Below, in pieces: positions 17,769 through 26,157 of a DNA stretch of 64,000 nt. The stretch's first letter is position 1, and each line of letters starts with the position of its first letter. The notes beneath the pieces were generated by a model. The model saw nothing but the letters and a program-made list of their open reading frames with translations, did not search any database and was not told the DNA's origin. The stretch is from an uncultured Chloroflexia bacterium (GTDB lineage: Bacteria; Chloroflexota; Dehalococcoidia; Dehalococcoidales; RBG-16-60-22). The stretch lies in contig CAVUAE010000001.1 in assembly GCA_963739395.1 (NCBI GenBank), positions 1,094,056 to 1,158,055 of the forward strand. Reading direction: 5' to 3'. The position numbers and the translations under genes are program-made.

Positions 17769-19205
17769 CTAAACCTTGTTAAACTCTAGTCGCAGTATAT
17801 TTTTCGTTTCAGGTCTAACTTTATACCGTTCATCAATACGATAACCGACTACCCAGATAATATCATCATCGGCGCAAACAATGGGGATATTGCGGCGCCA
17901 GGCTTGTGGGATTCTAGCGTCAATCATAAAAATATTAAGTTTCTTAGTCTGCGCCATGCCCAGCGGCTGAAAACGGTCGCCGTTTTGACGACGGCGGACG
18001 GATAGATTCTTCACCATTCTATCAAGGTCGAAGCGAGCGGAAAATTTATCAGGTTTTCCTCCCCAGCCTTTACCCCCCGCCTTTTTTTCGATAGCGGCAT
18101 TTATTTTCCAACCGCAAAATGACGTTTTACCGGGGATTTTTAGCTTAACTTTACCCGATAAAGAAGGGAAAGGACAAAGCGATACGGTTGCCGGCGCCAG
18201 AACGTAGTTATTATATTCTATCGTGAAATTAAGTCCAAAAGGCAGCCCGATAATTTTACCCGCGGGCTTTTTCAGAGACTCGATAATATCTTCGATGTGA
18301 CTGGACTCGATATCTTTGAGACTTCCCAGCAGTGATTCGATAGAAGACCGAAGAATTTGACGCTGCAGGGCGGGATGTAAAGCTAAAAAGTCTTTCTTTT
18401 TAATGGTGACCGATTTTTTACCGACCTGGACTATATTTTTAACAACACTATTTATTTCTTTTTCGATGAAGTCGAGGTCACCAGTAGCGGTGTGGGATAG
18501 GCGTTGTAGAGCTTGTTTAATTTGCGGATTATATTTACGGAGTAAGGGCAGCAGATGGAGGCGGATTTTATTGCGGAGAGGTTGGGTGGATAAATTGGAG
18601 GCATCGAGGCGGGGCGTAAGCTTGTGGTCGCGGCAATAGGTAACAGTTTCTTCGCGGTTCAAATCTAAAAGCGGTCGGATTACAGTAAGGCTGCCGCCAG
18701 AAACATTTAACTTGTTTAATGAAGAAAGTCCGCGCAGTCCTTTCGTCCCACTACCGCGGATTAGATGCATAAGCATCGTTTCGATATGGTCATCGGCGGT
18801 ATGACCTACAGCTACTTTCGTCGCACCCAATTTATCCGCAATGCTGGTAAGAAATTGATAGCGTACTTCACGCGCGGCTTCTTCCAGAGAAAGACGGTGC
18901 TGCTTCTGGTAAGACTTTACATCACGGGAGGCGATGGTGGCGGGGATACCAAGTTTTTTCGCGAGATTGGCAACATAACGAGCATCGGCAACCGAATCTT
19001 TACCACGTAACTGATGGTTCAGGTGGGCGACATGCAGGTCAATATCTAACTCATGCCGCAGGGTAGTGAGAATATGCAGTAAGCAAACGGAGTCAGGTCC
19101 GCCGGAAACCGCCACGACCAGCCGTTCATGGGGCGAAACTAGTTTATTTTCTTTAATAATTGCCAGAACTCTTTGTTCCGGTGAAGGAGTTTTCGCGGTT
19201 GGCAC
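17769..19205 (-). CDS. tilS: tRNA(Ile)-lysidine synthase
   Basis: PP-loop VAVSGGPDSVCLLH, HLNHQLRG, C-terminal TilS domain. Confidence 0.92.
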   Translation of the reverse strand: MPTAKTPSPEQRVLAIIKENKLVSPHERLVVAVSGGPDSVCLLHILTTLRHELDIDLHVAHLNHQLRGKDSVADARYVANLAKKLGIPATIASRDVKSYQKQHRLSLEEAAREVRYQFLTSIADKLGATKVAVGHTADDHIETMLMHLIRGSGTKGLRGLSSLNKLNVSGGSLTVIRPLLDLNREETVTYCRDHKLTPRLDASNLSTQPLRNKIRLHLLPLLRKYNPQIKQALQRLSHTATGDLDFIEKEINSVVKNIVQVGKKSVTIKKKDFLALHPALQRQILRSSIESLLGSLKDIESSHIEDIIESLKKPAGKIIGLPFGLNFTIEYNNYVLAPATVSLCPFPSLSGKVKLKIPGKTSFCGWKINAAIEKKAGGKGWGGKPDKFSARFDLDRMVKNLSVRRRQNGDRFQPLGMAQTKKLNIFMIDARIPQAWRRNIPIVCADDDIIWVVGYRIDERYKVRPETKNILRLEFNKV

Positions 19206-19222
19206 CTGTATCTTCCGCCTTT

Positions 19223-19870
19223 CTAACTGGTCTGGAGGATGAGTTTGCTGCGGTGTATAGCATCGGGGTATTTTTCAAAACCTAGGGCGGCGGTGACCTG
19301 CTCCGGTCTACCGGTGCCGCTAGCGTCGCAGCGCAGCCGCATACCGATGGTGCAAAAACCTTTACGCCATTCGGTAAGCCAGAGGTCATCGATCAAAGCG
19401 CGGAGGTCATACTTACGGAGTCCGGTGTCGCGCTGGTGCTGCCAGGGAAGGGTTTCTTTATCCAGCAGGGAGTTTATTGACGACTCGATTTCGTCCTTAC
19501 TATTTTCCGTGGCGACAGAGACGTTGTATTCCACTTGCCGGACCTGGGACTGCAGGGAGGGAATCGTGAGGGGAGTATTAAAAACGCCGCTGATGGTGAT
19601 GCCGCGCGGCAACTGCTGACTGACGGTGGCGGTAAAGGCATGGGGCGTCATGAATTTATCCAGCATAATGTCCATCAGCTCGACCTCGCTGGTGACGCCC
19701 ATAGCTAAAGCGAGCGCCAGGGAAATGCGGGGGTGCGGATTAAAACCCGCCGAGTAAGACAGGGCGATGCCGGCACGGTTAAGCGCCCGCTGCCATAACC
19801 GTATTAAGTCGAGGTGGGAGATATACTTAATTTCTTCCCCGCGACTGAACCTGATACGTAAACGCTGCAT
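19223..19870 (-). CDS. Radical-SAM-linked protein (TIGR03936/DUF2344-like)
   Basis: MQRLRIRFSRGEEIKYISHLDLIRLWQRALNRAGIALSYSAGFNPHPRISLA matches my recollection of this family. Confidence 0.65.
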   Translation of the reverse strand: MQRLRIRFSRGEEIKYISHLDLIRLWQRALNRAGIALSYSAGFNPHPRISLALALAMGVTSEVELMDIMLDKFMTPHAFTATVSQQLPRGITISGVFNTPLTIPSLQSQVRQVEYNVSVATENSKDEIESSINSLLDKETLPWQHQRDTGLRKYDLRALIDDLWLTEWRKGFCTIGMRLRCDASGTGRPEQVTAALGFEKYPDAIHRSKLILQTS

Positions 19871-19951
19871 AATAATAAATACTCCGAAAGAATGATAACA
19901 GCACTATATGGGGGTGTCAAAGAGAGTGGCAGAGGCGATAATTAGTTAAGA

Positions 19952-21112
19952 TTATTCATGAACCAGCAATGGATGTTGAGTGAAGAACCATCCTGGCCAT
20001 AAGCCTACAGATTCACTATATAATTTCGCCAGTAGTAGTTTGCCATCAACGTTAATCTGGATATCAGTAAATTGTATATTCCATGATTCCTTTGCTGAGG
20101 CAGCTATCCCGGCAGGGTCTTCAATACGCTCCTTTAAGAGCGAGACGTTCGCCTGGGCATTAGTGTCACTTTCATGATAAATAACTAAGGCGGTGTAATA
20201 TCCCTTTTCATCTTGACCAACACCAAAGCCGGAAGTGAGAAAATGTTTAAGCAGCGGACCGGGATTATCTATTTCAATGTCCTCTGGGCCGACGGTTTGA
20301 GATTCATCTCCCATAATGGCGGTGTAAGTGCCCAATCTGAATAATCCCTCGGCTAAAGAGGCGTACTCCGGCAGGTCGGCCAGACTATGACCTTGATTTT
20401 GACTGGCATCAATCATTAGCTTAACAGCCTCTACCGAAGGACCATAGAACAAATACTTATCGGTAACTGCCAGGGGCATAGCACGGCCTAACTCATCAAT
20501 ATGAGGAGGCAGCAATCTTGTAGTAAGGTGGTTCTGTAAACCATCGCCCCAGCTATGGATGGTAATGCCGCGATATTCTTCGGTAGTGTAATCCTCTTTT
20601 GCCCAAGAAGGCCATTCATCTTGATGGCTTAAGGTATCTTTGGTGGCTTGAGGGTCGAATCTACCGATAGCGGCAACTCCTATTTTCGGTGTCATGCCGA
20701 ACTGGATTTCTGCATCGACACAAGTGACATCATAGCCGATGTATTCTTTCCTATTAGTTTCCTTAATTATTGGTTCAAAGGCGAAACGTCCATAGCCGGT
20801 AATATATGAGCCTGATGCCGCTGCCATCATCACGATATCATCCTTATTAACCGCGTTGTACATATCCTCCGGCTTGGTTAAGACGATACCGGCATCTTTA
20901 TAGATACGGGCGTAATCAAGGAGGGTGAAAGAAAAAGGCATGCCTTCGCCCACCGCGGACGCTGGCACCAGATTAAGGAGTTCCATGAAAGTATTGGATG
21001 TTTCGGTTTCAGAACTCCCGTCGCAGCTAGCGAATACAGGTAGAATTAATATCAAGACGCTCAAACAAACCAGGAGACATAGGCAATGACTTAGTATCTT
21101 TTTCCTAATCAT
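19952..21112 (-). CDS. Secreted lipoprotein, function unknown
   Basis: Start chosen at MIRKKILSHCLCLLVCLSVLILILPVFASCDG, a signal peptide with a lipobox-like FASC. Confidence 0.6.
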   Translation of the reverse strand: MIRKKILSHCLCLLVCLSVLILILPVFASCDGSSETETSNTFMELLNLVPASAVGEGMPFSFTLLDYARIYKDAGIVLTKPEDMYNAVNKDDIVMMAAASGSYITGYGRFAFEPIIKETNRKEYIGYDVTCVDAEIQFGMTPKIGVAAIGRFDPQATKDTLSHQDEWPSWAKEDYTTEEYRGITIHSWGDGLQNHLTTRLLPPHIDELGRAMPLAVTDKYLFYGPSVEAVKLMIDASQNQGHSLADLPEYASLAEGLFRLGTYTAIMGDESQTVGPEDIEIDNPGPLLKHFLTSGFGVGQDEKGYYTALVIYHESDTNAQANVSLLKERIEDPAGIAASAKESWNIQFTDIQINVDGKLLLAKLYSESVGLWPGWFFTQHPLLVHE

Positions 21113-21167
21113 GGCAATGGAAATTATAAGCCCAGAGTGATGAGAAGTCAATAGAAAAGAACCTTAA

Positions 21168-21236
21168 ACCATACCGGTGAAAACCGGAATCCAGTAAAAA
21201 CAGGTAATAACTGGATCCCGTTTTTCAACGGGATGG
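21168..21236. repeat. Structured intergenic repeat, copy 1
   Basis: CCATACCGGTGAAAACCGGAATCCAGT...ACTGGATCCCGTTTTTCAACGGGATGG, forming three small hairpins. Second copy at 37105-37172. Confidence 0.8.
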
Positions 21237-21266
21237 GGTTGAGGGAAAAAGGGGAGGATAAAACGA

Positions 21267-21608
21267 TTATTTTTGTGAAGTTACACTTTTTGATTTAGCG
21301 TATAACTCTAGAAGTTTGAACATCTGATCAAGATGAAACTGAATTCTGCCATTCTCATAATCTGGAATTTTACTAATGATAAATCCGGGTTTTCCCTTAT
21401 TTTTTCCACCTATGCCAAATCGTTGTTCTTTGTCTTTAAGCGCCATTTTGTTTATATAATCGAGTGTTTCTCTAGCTGCAATACTTAAAGCAGTGGAGTA
21501 CATCTGTTTATAAAGCTTATCAATCTCTCCCTTATCAAATAGTTTCTTAATATTTAAGCTCAAGTTTCCTATGATATTTTCTACTATGTTTATTCTAGGT
21601 GAAACCAT
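21267..21608 (-). CDS. AT-rich hypothetical protein (113 aa) immediately downstream of nrdJ
   Basis: Starts 10 nt after the nrdJ stop on the same strand. Codon usage and composition differ visibly from nrdJ. No recognisable motif. Confidence 0.55.
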   Translation of the reverse strand: MVSPRINIVENIIGNLSLNIKKLFDKGEIDKLYKQMYSTALSIAARETLDYINKMALKDKEQRFGIGGKNKGKPGFIISKIPDYENGRIQFHLDQMFKLLELYAKSKSVTSQK

Positions 21609-21618
21609 ATTTTACCTC

Positions 21619-24219
21619 TTAGCACTTCGTATACCCGCAAGCCGGGCAGTGGTAGCAGCCTTCCTGGAAAACAAGCAGATTTTGACATTCCGGACATTGT
21701 TTTAACTGCCCGACCATGGTTTTTGAAAGTCCATAGTCCTCGGTCTTGGGCTTATCGCCGCCGTTGATGTGCTTTTCCAGTACGCTGGCAATAGCATCGG
21801 CGCAAGAAAGGATAGACTTACCTTGTTCCCAAGCAATAGTAGGGCAGCGAATACCGCGCAGCTGCTTTACTACCTGAGCCACATCTACTCCTGAACGTAA
21901 GGAAAGAGAAATTAGGCGGCAAATAGCTTCTAGTTGTGCTGATGCACAACCGCCGGACTTACCGAGGGTGGAAAATACCTCAAAGATGCCCTTGTCATCG
22001 TAATTAACAGTAATATATAAAGAGCCGCAGCCGGTATTGACCTTGGTTGAAGTCCCTTTAATTTCAGTAGGTCGCTTGCGCGGGGTACGGCTGACGGGGT
22101 CTTCGGCTGGTTTTTCTGGTTTTTTGCCGGTGGTCAGCACCTGGCTATCCCGCGAGCGGTCACGGTAGATAGTGATGCCTTTAAGTCCTTCTTCATAAGC
22201 GAGCATGTAAGCGTGGGCGATATCATCACGGGTGGCGGACTGGGGGAAGTTGATAGTTTTGGAGACGGCGTTATCGGTCGAGCGCTGGAAAGCCGCCTGC
22301 ATTTTCACATGCCATTCCGGGGTGATTTCATGGGCGGTGACGAATACACGCTTAATATCATCGGGTACATTCTTGATGTCGGCTAAATGCTCGCCTTCCG
22401 CCAGCTTTTTCATCAGTTCGTCGGAGTAAAAGCCGCCTTTTTTCGCTGCGTCTTCAAAATAGGGATTTACCTCAACGAAGGGCGTACCGTCGAGAACGGT
22501 TTTAGTGTAACTCAAAGCAAAGAGAGGTTCGATGCCGCTGGAACAGCCGGCAATCATGCTTAAGGTGCCGGTGGGGGCGATGGTGGTGCGGGTGGCGTTG
22601 CGTACTTTAGGTCCGTTAGGCACATCATAAATACTGTCCTTAAAAGCCGGGAAAGTACCCCGCTCCTTTGCCAGCTCTACCGAGGCTTTAAAGGCTTCCT
22701 CACCGATAAAACGCATTAGTTTTTCTGCAACGTCAAGCGCTTCCTCGGAGTTATACGGCACGCCAAGCATCACCAGCATATCGGCAAAGCCCATGATGCC
22801 CAGGCCGATTTTACGCGTCTTTTTAGTCATTTCCTCTATCTGGGGCAGGGGGAATTTATTAACATCAATAACATTATCCAGGAAACGGATGGCTGTTTTA
22901 ACTGTTCTCGCTAGCTTGGGGTGGTCGATTTCGTAGCCGCCGCCCTTCTTTTTCATCATGCGGGAGAGGTTAATAGAAGCCAGGTTACAGGACTCGTAGG
23001 GGAGTAGAGGCTGCTCGCCGCAGGGGTTAGTGCTTTCAATTCTACCGAGATGCGGCGTAGGATTAGCCTCGTTAATGCGGTCGATGAAGATAATCCCAGG
23101 GTCTCCCGTGCGCCAGGCCATGTCCACGATTTTTTCGAAGACCACTTTAGCGTTGAGCTTGCCGGTGACCTCTTTAGTATGGGGATTGATTAATTCATAA
23201 TCGGCGCCTGCCTTGACCGCTTCCATATAGTCCGCTGTCAAAGCCACAGAGAGATTGAAATTAGTCAGCGCGGTCATTTTTTCTTTAGCGGTGATGAACG
23301 TCATAATATCGGGATGATTGATGTTCAGGATGCCCATGTTAGCGCCCCGCCGCGTACCACCCTGCTTGGTGACGTCGGTGACGGTATCGAAGGCGCGCAT
23401 GAAGGAAACCGGTCCGCTGGCGACGCCGCCGGTAGAGCCGACCACATCGTTTTCCGGGCGAAGACGGGAGAAGGAAAATCCCGTGCCGCCGCCGCTTTTA
23501 TGAATAAGCGCGGTGTATTTCACGGCGTCAAAAATAGACTCCATGGAGTCTTCGACAGGGAGGACGAAGCAAGCGGAAAGCTGCCCCAGCTTTTTACCAG
23601 CATTCATCAACGTGGGAGAATTAGGGAGGAATTCCAGATTGTACATCAGCTTGAAAAAGTCATCTTCAACAGATTTAGCATTAGCTTTAGGACTATAAAT
23701 TAACTCCGCGGCAGCGATGGCTTTGGCTACCCGTCGGAACATTTCTTCCGTTGTTTCTATAATTTTACCTTTGCTGTCTCTTAATAAGTAGCGTCTTTCC
23801 AGCACCTGTCGAGCTGTGTCGGTCAGGCCATTAGCAGTGATTGTGTCTTTAGGATTTTTTACTTCGGTTTCGGTGTCCATTTCGGCTTTGACCTCCTCTA
23901 CTGGCGTTGGTACTGGTTCCGCTTGGGGTTTTTCGGCATTAAGCACTTCCATCACCATGGCTTCGATTTCCGCTTCGGTGGGCATTCTGCCGTGGGGAGC
24001 CTGGCGAGAATGTCGGTCCACCAGTTCCTCCATGCCCGGCAAAGTGGGCAATGCTTGCGACTGCGCTCTTTCCAGTCGCTCAATAACCTGCCCTGTCAGT
24101 TTTTCCACGAGCTTACGGTCGCGGATACCCATGGCGGCGGCGTTATCGAAGACGATGCGCGCTATCTGACTTCGATTAACGGAAGAAGCGTTCCTCTTGC
24201 CGGCGTGATTATTCAACAC
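21619..24219 (-). CDS. nrdJ: Class II (adenosylcobalamin-dependent) ribonucleotide reductase with an N-terminal extension of about 140 aa and a C-terminal Zn ribbon
   Basis: LERRYLLRD, SACFVLPVEDS, NPCGEQPLLPYESCNLASINL, TIAPTGTLS, C-terminal CPECQ...CYHCPACGYTKC. GTG start with AAGGTAGGAG RBS. Confidence 0.93.
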   Translation of the reverse strand: MLNNHAGKRNASSVNRSQIARIVFDNAAAMGIRDRKLVEKLTGQVIERLERAQSQALPTLPGMEELVDRHSRQAPHGRMPTEAEIEAMVMEVLNAEKPQAEPVPTPVEEVKAEMDTETEVKNPKDTITANGLTDTARQVLERRYLLRDSKGKIIETTEEMFRRVAKAIAAAELIYSPKANAKSVEDDFFKLMYNLEFLPNSPTLMNAGKKLGQLSACFVLPVEDSMESIFDAVKYTALIHKSGGGTGFSFSRLRPENDVVGSTGGVASGPVSFMRAFDTVTDVTKQGGTRRGANMGILNINHPDIMTFITAKEKMTALTNFNLSVALTADYMEAVKAGADYELINPHTKEVTGKLNAKVVFEKIVDMAWRTGDPGIIFIDRINEANPTPHLGRIESTNPCGEQPLLPYESCNLASINLSRMMKKKGGGYEIDHPKLARTVKTAIRFLDNVIDVNKFPLPQIEEMTKKTRKIGLGIMGFADMLVMLGVPYNSEEALDVAEKLMRFIGEEAFKASVELAKERGTFPAFKDSIYDVPNGPKVRNATRTTIAPTGTLSMIAGCSSGIEPLFALSYTKTVLDGTPFVEVNPYFEDAAKKGGFYSDELMKKLAEGEHLADIKNVPDDIKRVFVTAHEITPEWHVKMQAAFQRSTDNAVSKTINFPQSATRDDIAHAYMLAYEEGLKGITIYRDRSRDSQVLTTGKKPEKPAEDPVSRTPRKRPTEIKGTSTKVNTGCGSLYITVNYDDKGIFEVFSTLGKSGGCASAQLEAICRLISLSLRSGVDVAQVVKQLRGIRCPTIAWEQGKSILSCADAIASVLEKHINGGDKPKTEDYGLSKTMVGQLKQCPECQNLLVFQEGCYHCPACGYTKC

Positions 24220-24252
24220 AGCTCCTACCTTAATAACAGCAATTCCATTTAT

Positions 24253-25080
24253 CTATCCATCTAAAAAAGAAAGAGATACAATATATCTATTTACTCCGTA
24301 CCCAAACCCTTTTATTTCAGAAGGGAAACGTTTTTTCCCCTTACCGAACTTATATTGTAAATCTCCCTTTAGCAGTGTATTGAAATTGTAGGCATCATGT
24401 AATATAGAGGGTGGATTTACGTTTTTATTTAATGGTGAAAATAAAGTATTACCAATCTTTTTCTTCTTAGGCCATGATAACTGAAGTGAATTTGGTTGGT
24501 TTTTACGTGGTGTCCATTTTGAAACATAACAAGGTTTTTGACTAGTTTCAGAGACTCTTATTGCAGCTGATTGTATTGAGACTTTGAATAAATCAGCCAA
24601 ACGCTCAATAGATTGTATTGACGTTCCTAGTTCATCTAAGTATTTGCTAAACACTGATGTTGGCATCAATAACTCTGTGGCAGCCTCATCACATAGTTTT
24701 TCTACGACTTTAGAACGTTTTCTTTGTACAACTTGCGGATTGAATGTCCTGTGTTCAATAGTATTTATATATTGTTCCAATTTTAACGCACTATATAATA
24801 AATGTCCGATTTCATGGGCACAAGAAAAATTTTGTCTTACCAAAGGGTCATTTATATTTAGTTTTATTTTAGATCCACTATCAAATCGTAGAAGGACACC
24901 TCCAGATTTACCCGCTTTGCCAAGGTCCGTTTTTTCAATGCTTTGAACTCCAACTAAAGAAGCATATTCTTCTGATAAAAATGGTGGGTTATCATGCCCT
25001 CTTTTGGCTATCAACTCGGTTACAAGCTGTCGCGCCCGTTCAATAATTAGTTCAGAAGCTGTTTCTAACTTAATAACCAT
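24253..25080 (-). CDS. ImmA/IrrE-family (COG2856-like) zinc metallopeptidase with an uncharacterised C-terminal domain
   Basis: HEXXH motif in FSCAHEIGHLLYS, followed by the downstream EAATELLMP typical of ImmA/IrrE. About 95 aa of unknown C-terminal sequence. AT-rich. Confidence 0.75.
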   Translation of the reverse strand: MVIKLETASELIIERARQLVTELIAKRGHDNPPFLSEEYASLVGVQSIEKTDLGKAGKSGGVLLRFDSGSKIKLNINDPLVRQNFSCAHEIGHLLYSALKLEQYINTIEHRTFNPQVVQRKRSKVVEKLCDEAATELLMPTSVFSKYLDELGTSIQSIERLADLFKVSIQSAAIRVSETSQKPCYVSKWTPRKNQPNSLQLSWPKKKKIGNTLFSPLNKNVNPPSILHDAYNFNTLLKGDLQYKFGKGKKRFPSEIKGFGYGVNRYIVSLSFLDG

Positions 25081-25082
25081 AA

Positions 25083-25421
25083 TTACTTTTCGTATTTTGA
25101 CATATAGTCGTTTATCTGCTGCTCTTTTAAAGGAATGAGTTTCTTCATTTCTTCATCCATTACTAAGTCAATAGGATCTTTGTTTTGTCTTCCTTCTACT
25201 CCATATAGAGCTCGGATAAGACTCTTACGTTGGGCATCATTTGTTGTTTTACGTGGTTCATGTATACAACTGTGTAGCACTTCTTTTAAGGAATAAGGAA
25301 GATAATCATATTTTTTTATTGGTATTTTATAATACCCGAACCACAGTCTAATGTCTTGCCATAACGTTCTTTTTGTGATTTGCCTATGTGTCTTTTTATT
25401 GATAAATTCTTCTATCTCCAT
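25083..25421 (-). CDS. AT-rich hypothetical protein (112 aa), partner of the ImmA-like gene
   Basis: Its stop lies 2 nt from the ImmA-like start. RBS GGAG before ATG 25421. No obvious HTH seen by eye. Confidence 0.55.
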   Translation of the reverse strand: MEIEEFINKKTHRQITKRTLWQDIRLWFGYYKIPIKKYDYLPYSLKEVLHSCIHEPRKTTNDAQRKSLIRALYGVEGRQNKDPIDLVMDEEMKKLIPLKEQQINDYMSKYEK

Positions 25422-25465
25422 GTTTCACTCCAGACAAGATATTACATGCTTTATTATTATAACAT

Positions 25466-26002
25466 TCATCGCCGCTTCCTCCGCGGGGGCTTTGTCTTTT
25501 TTACAGGCATTTCGTCTTGCTTAAAGAGGGGGAGCTGGTCGGCGGGGGGTAAAGGGGCATGGTCGGCGAGGTCATCCACTTCTTCCTTGAGCGTAGTGAT
25601 ATCTTCAAACTCGCGATAAACGCTGGCGAAGCGGATATAAGCAATATGGTCAGTCTTTTTAAGTTTTTGCATAACAAGGTCACCGATATAAAAACTAGCA
25701 ATTTCGGCATGGCCGGACTGATAAAGCTTGCCTTCTATTTCGTCAACGAGCTTATTTACAGTACCGGAGGGTAGAGGTCTTTTTTCGCAGGCTTTACGGA
25801 TGCCCGCTAGTAACTTCTCGCGGTCGAACTCCTCACGGCGTCCATCCTTCTTAATGACAAAAAGACTGGCGCGCTGCAAGCGCTCGTAGGTGGTGAAACG
25901 CAAGTCACACCGCAGACACTGGCGTCGGCGGCGGACACCGTCGTTCACGTCGCGCGAGTCGATTACCTTGGAGTCGTTATAGCCGCAGAAGGGGCAGTTC
26001 AC
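25466..26002 (-). CDS. nrdR: Transcriptional repressor NrdR (Zn ribbon + ATP-cone) with an extended basic C-terminal tail
   Basis: CPFCGYNDSKVIDSR...RRRRQCLRCDLRFTTYE Zn ribbon, followed by an ATP-cone. GTG start with GGAGG RBS. Tail ...PVKKTKPPRRKRR. Confidence 0.93.
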   Translation of the reverse strand: MNCPFCGYNDSKVIDSRDVNDGVRRRRQCLRCDLRFTTYERLQRASLFVIKKDGRREEFDREKLLAGIRKACEKRPLPSGTVNKLVDEIEGKLYQSGHAEIASFYIGDLVMQKLKKTDHIAYIRFASVYREFEDITTLKEEVDDLADHAPLPPADQLPLFKQDEMPVKKTKPPRRKRR

Positions 26003-26012
26003 CTGCCGACCT

Positions 26013-26067
26013 CCACAAATTATTGTATCGAGGTCTATAATTTACCACTACAGGTTGTGTTTGTCAA
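26013..26067 (-). promoter_or_regulatory. nrdR operon promoter with two tandem NrdR-box-like palindromes
   Basis: Boxes CCACAAATTATTGTAT (26013-26028) and CCACTACAGGTTGTGT (26045-26060) each match about 12/16 of the remembered consensus acaCwAtATaTwGtgt and are spaced 32 nt apart. Reverse-strand TTGACA (26062-26067) - 17 nt - TAAATT (26039-26044) overlaps box 2. Confidence 0.5.
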
Positions 26068-26157
26068 TGGGGTCTCACGTGTGAAACATGTTAAAATATT
26101 ATTAAAATTTTTACTTTACCGCAATACCGCAATAGGCTATGATTATTTTGAAGAAAA

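Noticed and set aside
24276-24291. Third NrdR-box-like sequence ATACAATATATCTATT just upstream of nrdJ
   Set aside because: Only the left half matches the palindrome (about 11/16). There is no tandem partner at 21 or 31-32 nt, and it lies inside the ImmA-like coding sequence of an AT-rich gene where such strings arise by chance.
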